Positions 27,788-39,599 of a DNA stretch of 64,000 nt are shown piece by piece. Source of the DNA: Octopus sinensis. Taxonomy: Eukaryota. Below the pieces are notes generated by a model. That model made no database searches, was not told the origin of the DNA, and worked only from the letters and a program-made list of their open reading frames with translations. Within the stretch, counting starts at the first letter, position 1. Each line of letters opens with the position of its first letter. The stretch lies in contig NC_042999.1 in assembly GCF_006345805.1 (NCBI RefSeq), forward strand, positions 47,864,001-47,928,000, given 5' to 3'. The position numbers and the translations under genes were made by a program.

Positions 27788-29134
27788 TCCTTAAAATCCT
27801 TAAAGTCCTTAAAATGTTTTAGACCGAGGTACTTGTGCATGTGAGTGTATGCACATGCGACTATGTAAGTTTTATTTTTTACATGGATCATTTTGTCAAG
27901 AACTTTGATCTTTTGGCTGAAGAGCCTTCATGAAAGTATTATTGTTCAAGTCCAGTGAAGTATATATTTGCAGTGGTGTGTTACAAGTAAATATATATTG
28001 AGTGACATCTAGCTTAGTTTCACCTTCTTGTAGATATTCGTATGGCTAATGAAGAAACTTTATATATAATATGGCTCCCTGGTATTTTAGTGATCTTACA
28101 AAAATGTTTATAGTTGGTAATGGTTGTATTTGTAACAGGGCATAGATCAAGGTGAAGCCGAAGCTAATGCTGGCGTTGGGAGATCTCTTGCAAGTAATTT
28201 TTCAACTTGAATGATTATAAAAAGGGAGAAATGTTACTTTAAAGGAATTATTGTGTTCCTATAAAATATTTATAAGATTATTCTATTAGTTCCTTCCCCA
28301 CCCGCTGATACACACAAACACACATATATATGTATATCGAATGAAAGGGGAGCATATGTTTGTTTGTAGCTGCACATGTATACATACATATCATAGAAAC
28401 CTGAACAAATTGAGTATGATGATGCATATTTCCTTAAATATATATTTCTTTCAATATTTGAATTCTCTTCTCACACTCTTTCAACTTTGTTTCCATATCA
28501 ACCTTCAAACATTCACACTTATCCATCTAATTCGAACAATTCTCACTCTCTCCCTATATCTTCTGTTTCTTGCATGTCTACAAATTTCATCTTCTCTCTT
28601 CTCTCTTCTCTCTGGCTGCTTCTCGACATTTCACATCTAGTTTAGTTTTTTTTTTTGCTTTAGCTTTATACATCTTACGAACATCTTTATATCATCTTTA
28701 TATGCATATACTGCTCCCTCTGACCATCTTCTTCCCTCCATCATTCTTTATTGACTTTATAGCTATTATTGAAGTATTTCTCGCTAAAAATCTCCTTTGA
28801 TCACTGCATCCCTCTCTCAAATTACTAAAGTTTCACCGAATACCAATCCAGCTTCGTTTATCATAGTGCTATACAACAATATTTCTCTCTACCTCTTTCT
28901 GTAACTTCCTCTCTCGCTTTCTATAATCAGGGAGAGATACAGAGGAACACAGAGCACGCACAATTCTACACACACATCCATACGCATGCACACATACTTA
29001 CACACACACGCGCATAATCACCTTTTATTTTAGATATAAATCTCTATCATACGATTGACCCCATTAATATTGATTGTTATATACAAAGCTTTCATCTCCC
29101 AAATCAATCAAAACACACGTGTTACACACACACA

Positions 29135-29212
29135 CGTACATACATACATACATACACACATACATGCATACATACATACATACATACATACATACATACA
29201 TACATACATACA

Positions 29213-29240
<28 letters not shown>
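29135..29240. repeat. (TACA)n microsatellite
   Basis: Direct reading. Confidence 0.95.
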
Positions 29241-29245
<5 letters not shown>

Positions 29246-29474
29246 GATTAAGAGCAGCACCTTTTGAGCATCGCAAAAAAAAAGATCTGTGTAGTAGTAT
29301 CTATGTCTCATAATAGTCGAAATCCGTAAGCCGACTAGTACTCTTCTCTTTGTGGGTCGAAAAATGTGACTTCCAGTGTTTAATTAATGAGATGTAATCC
29401 AATCAGGACATTGACTAGTAACAGAGACCGTACAACAGCTGAAATAGTAGCACACCCAGCAATATATGTACAGT

Positions 29475-29697
29475 TATGAAAGCGGGCACTGCATAGTTCC
29501 TGGCTTTGAATAAAAGAAAATATAGGAGGATCAATTAATTATGATTTTACTCAACATATCCCATTCTTAGATTTACACATTTATTGCAGCTGTCTTTCAG
29601 TTTTTCTAAGCCCTGTAAAAGAAGTAGGATAATTTGAGCTTCTAACAAGTTCTTTAGCGATACCCTTAAAGCCAGAATCTTTTCAGCAACCCCTCGT
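29475..29697 (-). mobile_element. About 220-bp mariner-derived MITE, copy 1
   Basis: Ends ..CATAGTTCCTGGCTTT and AAAGCCAGAATCTTTTCAGCAACCCCTCGT; internal match to 56011-56233. Confidence 0.7.
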
Positions 29698-29924
29698 GCA
29701 CATCTTGTCGTCACTATTTTCACACATTCTCTGTCAAATTCTCAGTAAAGTCAACGTTCAGCTCCCAGAAGAATCGTGGGTTAACTTCATCCAAATCCGT
29801 TTATCAAGATACTGACAAGGGTTGAGTAAGTTGAAAGTGACCTCTATAGGTTACTAAAAATTATATGCTATTGGTCTATTCAAGTGAACGAAGAAAGAGG
29901 ACAGAAGTGATATTTCTATATTTA

Positions 29925-29926
29925 TC

Positions 29927-29968
<42 letters not shown>

Positions 29969-30013
29969 TTCTCTCGCTCTTCTCTCTCTTTCTCTTTCTC
30001 TCTCTTTCTCTTC

Positions 30014-30044
<31 letters not shown>

Positions 30045-30143
30045 GATATATATATATGTGTGTATATATATATATATATAATATATATATAGATATATAA
30101 TATATATATATATAATGTATATATATATATATATATATATATA

Positions 30144-30189
<46 letters not shown>

Positions 30190-30202
30190 GTATATGTATA
30201 TA

Positions 30203-30270
<68 letters not shown>
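29925..30270. repeat. (TCTA)n-(CT)n-(TA)n compound microsatellite
   Basis: Direct reading. Confidence 0.95.
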
Positions 30271-30289
30271 TGTTCTAACTCTTTTATTT

Positions 30290-30468
30290 GTTTCATTCAT
30301 AAGAGAGAAGTCATGTTGCAGGGCAGTTGGACACCTTGAATTGTTTTCTGTTGAATAAAACCTGATCTCTACTCTATCAGCCACTTAGCTGAACCGCTAA
30401 TTTTACGGCAACGTCACACACTAACGCTGGTTAATCAAGTGTTGGTGGGAGACAAACACAGACACACA

Positions 30469-30525
<57 letters not shown>

Positions 30526-30660
30526 AAACATATATACGACGGGCGCCTTTCAGTTTCCGTCTACCTAATCCATTCACAAAGTTTCGATCGGCCTGAGGAT
30601 TTACACAAATCAGGAACCATATGACCGTTAAGCAGACTTCTTAACACACAACCACATATG
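30290..30660 (-). mobile_element. SINE family A, degenerate
   Basis: GGTGGGAGACAAACACAGACAC-(CA)n-ATACGACGGGCGCCTTTCAGTTTCCGTCTACC. Confidence 0.7.
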
Positions 30661-31230
30661 TAACCCAGTTTTCGATTCCCTTTCTCTGATATAATAACCA
30701 TCGCTCTGTCTTGGAATTGATTCAGTAATATAAACGCATTTGCTTTTTCTATAACAGCACATGCATACAGGCATGTCTACATATACATCGTATATATATA
30801 TTGATGTGTGTGAGTGTTTGTATAATATGTACTGAGAGATTGCGAAAGAGAGTTTCAGAGAAACAGAGTGAGAGATGTACAGAGAAGGAATACATGTACG
30901 TTAAAAAGAATCGTTAGCATATTACATAAATACTATTGATTTCTTTCTGGATGGATGCGGTTGTAAAAAAAAAAAATGATATGAAGTAATAAAATCGATT
31001 CAGTCCAACGTAATACTATTACTTACATTGTCGTTCCGCGGAGATTTGAAAACACAAAGATGCAGAGAATAGAGTAAAAGTTTTAGTGCATTTACATTTC
31101 GCAAGACCATTTCTGCAATATACGCCATTCGCTGTATTATTTATTTATTCATTTTTGTGTTTAAAATTTTTTTCCCTGCTATTGTTATTAAATTTACACT
31201 CGCCCTCATCCACTGGTATCATTATTATTT

Positions 31231-31231
31231 C

Positions 31232-31278
<47 letters not shown>

Positions 31279-31334
31279 TAATAATAATAATTATTATCAT
31301 TATTATTATATTATCATTATTATTATTATTATCA

Positions 31335-31365
<31 letters not shown>

Positions 31366-31379
31366 TATTATTATTATCA

Positions 31380-31428
<49 letters not shown>

Positions 31429-31443
31429 CATTATTATTATTAC

Positions 31444-31486
<43 letters not shown>

Positions 31487-31487
31487 A
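31231..31487. repeat. (AAT)n immediately followed by (ATT/ATC)n
   Basis: Direct reading. Confidence 0.95.
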
Positions 31488-31489
31488 TT

Positions 31490-31630
31490 TCGTTTCAAAT
31501 TCCGCCGAGGTCGACGTTGTCTTTCATCCTTTCGCAGTTGGTAAAATAATTAACGAGAAGGTGCCGGGGTCAATGCATTATACTTGGCTCCTCCCCGCTA
31601 AATTCGTGGCTTTGTAATAAAATTTGAAAC
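31490..31630 (+). mobile_element. SINE family B fragment (tail B)
   Basis: TTCAAATTCCGCCGAGGTCGACGTTGTCTTTCATCCTTTCG. Confidence 0.6.
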
Positions 31631-31770
31631 CAATATTATTATTTTTAAAACACCGATTTTGTATTTAAACATGCTTCTACCGATTACATAAGGGGTAAAG
31701 TTTAAACCATCGCGTTACAGGAAAATTATGGAGCATCTTCGTGGCTACTAGGCCAAATAAAAATAACGTA

Positions 31771-31940
31771 GCCGTAGGAGTGACTGTGTGGTAAGTAGCT
31801 TGCTTACAAACCACATGGTTCCGGGTTCTGTCGCACTGCATGGCACCTTGTGCAAGTGTTTTTTTACTATAGCCTCGGGCCGACCAATGCCTTATGAGTG
31901 GATTTGCTAGACGGAAACTGAAACAAGCCCGTCGTGTGTT

Positions 31941-32010
<70 letters not shown>

Positions 32011-32215
32011 TGTGGTGTCTGTGTTTGTCCCCCACCATCGCTTGATATCTGATGATGGCGTGTCTACGTCCCCGTAACCTAGCGGTTCTGCAAAAGAGAC
32101 CGATAGATTAAGTACTAGACTTACAAAGAATAAGTCCGGGGATCGATTTGTTCGACTAAAGGTGGTGCTCCAGCATGGCCGCAGTAAAATTACTGGAACA
32201 AATAAAAGAATAAGA
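31771..32215 (+). mobile_element. SINE family A, full length
   Basis: GCCGTAGGAGTGACTGTGTGGTAAGTAGC to CTCCAGCATGGCCGCAG..AAAAGAATAAGAG. Confidence 0.9.
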
Positions 32216-32499
32216 GAAGAAAAGAATAAAGTCAAATCTATTTTAAGTCACTTCCTTCTTTCATAAATGAACAGGAATTAGTGTTACATTATAACTGACA
32301 ATCTTACATTTAATGTATTTTTCGTCACCGATTCCAGCAAGATGTGTTGAAATATAGCTAAATGAATGCGATCCTGATGATCATTTTACATGATGTTAAT
32401 CTATGCAGATATATGTCCACAAACACAAACGAGATTTCATCTTGTGATAGAAATTCTATGGGCTAAAAGAAAGCATATCGTTGTAGTATGTTTAAGTTC

Positions 32500-33357
32500 C
32501 CTAGACAATATTTAAAAAGGCAATATTTTTCGTAGGATAAGAGCATTTCCCATCAGTCCCATCTTTTGAATTTCTTCCTTTAGTTTTGATTTCCTGGTGT
32601 CCGGGATAGGCTCCAACCAGCCGCTTTTGCTATCATTCCTAGGGAAGCTATTACATCAAGTATTGCTTAAGTTTTGTGGTTCCACATATTGCTAATCTCT
32701 ATTTCAAGATCTTTGTACGTGCTCAGTTTTTGGCAGGTCTTGACATATATCTATGTTGACTAGGACAGCCATGGTGTTCGACTGAAATCCTTCAATACAT
32801 TGTCTGGCCTATTTGCATCTATCTTTCTGACAGTTTGAGCCGTAAAGTTCCAAAGGAGTGAAATGTGATCATTTTCATGCACTGGAGGCTGTTTATCTTC
32901 CCATCAGTTTTTATCAAGGGTCAGAACCAAGTCTTTAGGAATTACCTAGTGAATATACTGTGCTTCTGTATCATGCCTGTTGAGATACTCTGTTAGCGCA
33001 AGAGGGTTGCACATGGAGATAACACGAATGAGGTTTTCATTTTGTAGTTTACATCCACGATATGCTGCTCTACTGCCCTTTTTTAAGGCGTTGGCCTGGT
33101 AGCTCATTGTAGTTAGGCATTGATCTTGGAATGCTATGATAAACCCTTCAATGTCTAATTTGAAGCCAGAAGACACTAACCATTGATGGGTAAGGACCTA
33201 GTCTGCATCAACATTATTAGCTCTCTTTGGGCATTTTCTATTGAGAAAATTTTCTTGCCATTTATCAGTAAGAATATCTAAAGCAGCAGTTTTAGCAAGG
33301 GTTTTCATACGCTTAGATATTTTTCTGTGCTTCTTTCCGGAACGTCTAACTGTGGAA
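32500..33357 (-). mobile_element. R4/Dong-like non-LTR retrotransposon C-terminal fragment A (zinc knuckle + restriction-like endonuclease), decayed
   Basis: Minus frames: THQWLVSSGFKLDIEGFIIAFQDQCL; EYLNRHD; LLWNFTAQTVRKIDANRPDNV; LSTYKDLEIEISNMW; LILRKIL. Confidence 0.8.
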
Positions 33358-33359
33358 TT

Positions 33360-33412
<53 letters not shown>

Positions 33413-33476
33413 TACTACTACTACTACTACAAATAATAATAATAATAATAATAATAATGATAATAATAATAATAAG

Positions 33477-33507
<31 letters not shown>

Positions 33508-33508
33508 C
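33358..33508. repeat. (ACT)n-(AAT)n compound microsatellite
   Basis: Direct reading. Confidence 0.95.
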
Positions 33509-33509
33509 C

Positions 33510-34062
33510 ATTGCCTTTGCACAATTTCTAAAGCTGGAGATGTACTACGATATCAGCTGTCCACTACTAGTGAATTAAGGTAACATCTCTTATTTTTCGA
33601 GGACCTTCCTCAATATTTGACCGGTTCCAAGCAGTGCTGTTTTCTGCACGTGCTCCACCCTTATTGCAGCTCGTATTTTTCCACGTACTTCTCGAGATTT
33701 TTACTCACTGTTCCCAGGACTCCGACAATTATTGGTATCACTACCACCTTTTCCATCGACCACAACTGCTTTAACTCCCAAGCTCACCTGTCATACCTAT
33801 CGATTTTTTTCTTCCTTATCGCATATCTCGTGGTCGCACTGAATCATAAACTCCCCTAGGATCTTTGCATTATCCTTTTCAACGATGCCTTCGGATTTGT
33901 GATCGTACCAATTTTTTTTTCTCTGTCAAGACCATAGTCGTTGCAAAGCGTGCAATAGACAAGCCTGGCTATATTGTCGTGACGTCTCTTATATTCCCTC
34001 TGGACTAGTGGAGTACATTGGCTGGTAATTTGCCATACGGTTTTCAGAAGGAGCTTCACCAA
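33510..34062 (-). mobile_element. R4/Dong-like non-LTR retrotransposon fragment B with 3' UTR
   Basis: Minus frames: TVWQITSQC; EYKRRHDNIARLVY; IQCDHE; WELKQLWSMEKVVVIPIIVGVLGTV; QKTALLGTGQILRKVLEK*; 3' UTR ends ..TGTGCAAAGGCAAT. Confidence 0.8.
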
Positions 34063-34124
34063 TGATTTTTGATCATATCAGTCTAAACAGCATAACAATA
34101 TAACATAGTTGATTTCAATTTTTG

Positions 34125-34326
34125 GCAAGAACGCCAGGCATTTTGAGTGTAGGAACCATCTCGATTACACTGACAAAGCGCTGGAACGTTACATTATGTT
34201 ATCGACCAAGAAACGTTGAAAAGCAAAATTGATCTCACCGGCATTTGAACTCAGAATACAATGAGCCGGAAGAAATTACGCTATGCATTTTTCCGAAGCT
34301 GTAACGATTCTGCTGGCTCACCGCTT
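34125..34326 (-). mobile_element. SINE family B, degenerate
   Basis: ATCTCACCGGCATTTGAACTCAGAA..AACGATTCTGCTGGCTCACCGC. Confidence 0.5.
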
Positions 34327-35619
34327 AAGGAAAGCTCAGCACGATAATATAGCTAATTTGTTTGTAGAACAAGGGGAATTAGGTGATAAGGCGTTACATA
34401 CAACAACATAAATTAATTAACAAATAGATAGGACATCGGATGAAACGGCAAATACACAAAAACAGCTTTGGCGTTTGTGGATATTAAAAGAAAACAACAA
34501 TTTATGAAGTAAACCGGACGAAGCCTTTAAAGAGCAAGATATTTATGACGTAATCGACAGACAGATGCAACAGATGTATTGAAGCAGGGCATAGCTTACA
34601 CAAACCACGATGTGGTTACGTGAACCATAAGCACAAACAAAAGCACATACTGAATTAGCCATTGAAAAACGATATACGGATTAAAAATCAACTGAGGCAA
34701 AAATGAACGAATGGAAAATTATAACAAACGGAGAAAGTGATTTAATAGGAAATTAAAACCATTCGACTTAAAATGATAGACAAAAGAATGAATCCATTCT
34801 ACGGTATACAATATTAGACAGTTTTCTTCTGAATATGACAGTAGCATGGGACATGCCATTGGAAGAAACAGTAATTCATTTGATATTCATAAAATAACTA
34901 GCACAATACAGAATGTATTCCCTAAAGGCTTCGTCCAGAAAATGTAATTGCTAAGTGTAAAAATATATAACAATATGTGTGCTTGCATGTTTGCGTTGTT
35001 GAGTGTATATGCATATATACAAGTGAGTACATGTAAACTTAGACATTCGTTTGTATATTATTAGTAAACATCTGCGTTGTTAAACCGTAAGGTCATCTGA
35101 CTGAAAGAAGAATCTTACGGTCTCACCAAAATGTCTACTTGTTTCTATAAATATTAAAGGTAACTTTCCTTTAAGTGCAGACATATAAGCCTACTTTACA
35201 TTTTACAGAGTAGTCACATGCTTATACACACACAAAGACATACATACACATACACACTCTTTTGCTCGTTTCAACCATAGAGTTGCGTTCATGCCGGAGC
35301 ATGAAGTCCGTTAGAAAATATCTTATCTTCTCGAGATAGAAGCAGTATACGAACCAAAAATTAGTGTTTATCTACCTTAACGTGGGTGTCCTCTAGGTAC
35401 CGACGATACTATTAGTCTAACCCTAGGAAGACATCTCTTCCAGCTGGTTATGCAGTGCGCTTTTGCATTCAACATTCATTGCCAGCAAGAGAGAAAACTT
35501 GACACCGTAGCTCTAACACTACCAGATCACGTGTTTTCGATCTTACATTTTCGGTGTTAAAAAAACAGTATCGTCGACTCTTAGACAACATCCACGTTAA
35601 AGTGGCGATAAACACTACA

Positions 35620-35790
35620 TATACAAGTAAACATTCTTTATTCTCTCTCCTTGTTTCTTTCTGTTTTCTTTTCTGCGGAAGAGCGTAAGCTCGAAACGTT
35701 AAAGACTTTTTCACTTCCTGAGCTTTATACTAATACACCTCTTTGTTTTGTACACCACCTGTCTTCGTCTTTTGTTTATTTTTGTGAATT
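35620..35790 (+). mobile_element. Putative Penelope-like fragment with hammerhead-like core (subfamily H2)
   Basis: CTGCGGAAGAGCGTAAGCTCGAAACGTTAAAGAC at 35673-35706; downstream matches 47580-47680; ends in (TA)n. Confidence 0.55.
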
Positions 35791-35800
35791 CTGCCTATAT

Positions 35801-35834
<34 letters not shown>

Positions 35835-36237
35835 ATATATATATATATTATATATATATATAAATATAAATATACGCTTGTGTAATAATTAGCGCACATA
35901 TATATGCGTGTGTTGCATGTGCATCAGTGTTTTAGTTGTGCACATATATTCATGTATTTATGTTTACAATATATATAGATATATGTGTGCATCCGCGACT
36001 AATCGTTTTCCGTTAGAAACTACTAGATGGTCATTATATCTGTATTTTACTTGCTTGTCTAATGTTTACGATCGTATGTGCATGCGTATAAAAGCATGTG
36101 CTTGTGTGACCGTGTATGAGTGGTTAGTGTGTATATTATATACATGTGCGTGTATGTAAGTGTATGTACATGTGGGTATCTATGTTTGTATATGTGTACG
36201 TGTATGCACACATATTTACGTATATTTAGGTACCTAT

Positions 36238-37530
36238 AATGTTGTACCCAAAAGTAACCGACAACGTTCTCAGTAGGACAAGCTCATTGTAGTTCATACT
36301 TCCATCGCTAGAATCCACTTGATATGACCCTCAGACATCTGTCTATCGACTGGCATTGTCGGTTGCGCTCATACTGTCACGTGGTGCGTCTTTGCAATGC
36401 TTCTTCCCAGATCGTCGAATTTTGCGATGGGTGATACGAAACAACAGCGTGCTTCCGTGATATTCTGTTTTCTGCTGGGGAAAACGGTGGACGAAACAAT
36501 TGTCAAGCCTCAAAAAGCTTACAAAGACGAGGTCATGAACAAAACACAAGTTTACGTGTGGTTTCCACGCTTTAGGAATGGCCACTTGTCACTTGAGGAC
36601 CAACGTCGTTCAGGGCAACCGTCAACCTCCCGAACGAATGAAAGCATCATGAAAATTTATGGACCGTCACCGAACACATGACAAACTTGTTGATATGACT
36701 GGTGTGTTCTGGAGATCCTGCAACAAATTTCGCGTTAGGATGCGCGACTGAATAGAGTTGCAGCAAAATTTGTGCCTCGCTTACTCACGAAAGATCAAAA
36801 ACAGTTACGACCGAATACGTGCCGTGAACTGAAAAATTAGGTGGAAGTTGATCTGGACCTTTTTATGGAAGGTATCACTGGTGGCAAAAGCTGGTGCTAC
36901 GGAAATTGCAGATGTGGTAGAGGTGAAGAAAAAAGGGACGGAAGCGTTAACAGGCATCGTTTCACAAGACTTATAGCACTGCTTCGAATTATGGAAACCG
37001 CGCCGAGACCGATGCATTGCTTCAAATGGAGAACACTTTGAAGGCAATAAAAGTGTAAACAAAGGCGGCGAGCTGGCAGAAACGTTAGCACGCCGGGCGA
37101 AATGCTTAGCGGTATTTCGTCTGCCACTACGTTCTGAGTTCAAATTCCGCCGAGGTCGACTTTGCCTTTCATCCTTTCGGGGTCGATTAAATAAGTACCA
37201 GTTACGCACTGGAGTCGATATAATCGCCTTATTCCGTTTGTCTGTCCTTGTTTGTCCTCTCTGTGTTTAGCCCCTTGTGGGTAGTAATGAAATAGGTATT
37301 TCGCCTCTCCTTACGTTCTGAGTTCAAATTCCGCCGAGGCCGACATTGCCTTTCATCCTGTTGGGATCGATAAATTAAGTACCAGCTGCATACTGGGTTC
37401 TAATTGACTGGTCCTCTACCACAAAGTTTCGGGCCTTGTGCCTAGAGTAGAAAAGAATAACAGTGTAAATATGTAAAAATAAGGGAATATAAACAATATT
37501 GCAAAATTTACGCTTTCTTTTGGGGCAGAG
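36238..37530 (+). mobile_element. Decayed mariner element lacking the catalytic core, interrupted by SINE B pair
   Basis: ATG at 36427: MGDTKQQRASVIFCFLLGKT..WFPRFRNG..EDQRRSGQPSTS; VAAKFVPRLLT; ITGGKSWCYG then jumps to ADVVEVKKKGTEAL..CFELWKPRRDRCIASNGEHFEG; degenerate TIR-like ends. Confidence 0.85.
37064..37456 (+). mobile_element. SINE family B pair: head + young body/tail A (37116-37299) + older body/tail B
   Basis: GGTAT at 37111-15 and 37295-99; flanked by AATAAAAGTGTAAA / AATAACAGTGTAAA (TSD-like). Confidence 0.9.
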
Positions 37531-38019
37531 CAAAAACAGGATGCTTGATTCATATCGATAATCTTGTATGTATGTATATTCTTGTTTCTATAGGTTTTTT
37601 TAAAAAATTTTAACTGTGTCTTTGTGTGTGTATGAATGCATCGACATGCAGGAGTAAAAGTATATGCGTGTATGAGCGTGCATTCATGTATACACACTGT
37701 ATGCGTTCATATTCAGCGGCACTCCCATTTATACGTGCGTATATATATGGATGTATTTGTTTAAGCTTTCGTACTTGTTCAGTTATTTATTTAGTTAACA
37801 CTGTAATGCATACAATTTGCGTGAGAGTGGTGTAATTGTTTTATAATTTGTTGTTGACCAATACAGGAATATACCATGATCACCCCTTTATAAATGTAAG
37901 TCCACTCGATTTGAAGTCAATTTGCTAAATGCCTAAGAAAGAAAATCTTGGGCTCTTCAGTCACTCTATAAATTCGACTGGCTATGAATAAGAAACAAGT
38001 GTATACATGCACACACATA

Positions 38020-38063
38020 ATGAGATAGATAGATAGATATATAGATAGAGGGAGAGGGAGAGG

Positions 38064-38099
<36 letters not shown>

Positions 38100-38105
38100 A
38101 GAGGT
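38020..38105. repeat. (GATA)n/(GA)n microsatellite
   Basis: Direct reading. Confidence 0.9.
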
Positions 38106-38265
38106 GTAAGAAGCTAGGAACCATTGTGTATACTCATGTTAAAGAGCTTCATGAGAAAATCAGTGTAAATTTTCTTTTTGCAGTGAAAGTACTGAGATAA
38201 CTACAGATGAGCTTTGGGATCAAATTGAGATTTCAAACCGAGTCTCAAATATCATCCAATAGTAA

Positions 38266-38462
38266 GGAGGCGCGCTGGCCAGAATCATTAGCACTCCGAA
38301 CAAAATGCTTAGAGGCCTTTCGTCCATCTACACATTTTGATTTCAAATATCGCCGACTGAGGTTTTGCCTTTCGTCTTTTCGTGATCGGGGTTGGACACT
38401 GTGGTCGATGTAATTGATTTACCTCCTCAAGTCGAAATTGCTGGCCTTGTGCCGAAATTTAG
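38266..38462 (+). mobile_element. SINE family B, old copy (tail B)
   Basis: GGAGGCGCGCTGGCCAGAATCATTAGCAC..TTTGCCTTTCGTC..GGCCTTGTGCCGAAATTT. Confidence 0.6.
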
Positions 38463-38746
38463 ATCAAATGTTTTCATGATTTCAATATCCTACGTAAATG
38501 TTATTCATGAAGCAATGCCTATTTGTGATTGATGTATAATATATTTGCTGCATAGGAGATTGGTACACACAAATGTTAAGTTTACATCTCTTACCCTTGG
38601 CGCAGATCGAAAATGCAATTAACCAATAGACGAGATATAATAAAATACTATACATCAAAAGAAAATAAAGCATACACACACACGCACATATAAGTGTATG
38701 TGCTTATATATATATATATATGCTTATATATATATATCTATGTATG

Positions 38747-38780
<34 letters not shown>

Positions 38781-38876
38781 TGTATGTGTGTGTGTATGTG
38801 TGTGTGTGTGTGGGTGTGTGTGTGAAGAAGCAACTTCTTTTGGCTTCAATAATAAACAAACACGCACTACGAAAAC

Positions 38877-39400
38877 ATATCCATGCATATCCATCCAGCC
38901 CTCTTCTCCGCCCAAATTGACGAGAAGTTTGTTGGGGTAGCTATCGCAAACCCGTCCTCCACAAGGTCCTAGCAGTATCTTTCTTGCTTAATTCACAAGC
39001 TTGATCCTCTGTGATTACCGATGTTAATGAAGCATCCTGTTTTTGCTCTGCCCCCAAATTCCTGTTCGACTTGAAATATCAGTCTTGCGATTGATTTTCT
39101 CCTGAGATTTTTCCGCAAACCTTGAGTGATCTTACTCTGGAGATTCTTCAGGGGATCTCCATTTAAGCTATTTTTATCTGCGATCATACTCATTGGGTCA
39201 CTATTCAAAAGCCATGACCATAAGTAAGGCTTGGAACGAATACTAGTCTAACGAACGAATGCTGGAGCTGGCGCATTAGTATGCATGCACCTACAATTAT
39301 AGCGTCCAATTCAGCCAAATACTTTCTATCTGTCATGAATGCGCCCGAGATCCTCGAACTTCTTCGTTTCTCTCATCGATATCCCATTAACATGCTGAGT
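38877..39400 (-). mobile_element. RTE-clade (Rex3/Expander-like) LINE 3' fragment, decayed
   Basis: Minus frames: KFEDLG; LVFVPSLTYGHG; SIARLIFQVE; ends in a GGAT-like tail GAGGGCTGGATGGATATGCATGGATATG. Confidence 0.7.
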
Positions 39401-39599
39401 ACCTCGGTAAGATAATCTTGTCTGGACCACTGTCTCTATAATGCGCTATTGGGTTTACTGCCGAAAGCTACAAGCTGCAAGGCAGGAATTAGTATTACAG
39501 TTGAGAGCACACGTGTACACACACCAACACGCATGCACACACACACATACACACTCACACACACACACACTTATGTTTAAATGCATGAATACAAATATA

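Noticed and set aside
31086-31549. Poly-I, poly-L and poly-N ORFs
   Set aside because: Translation of (AAT)n/(ATT)n.
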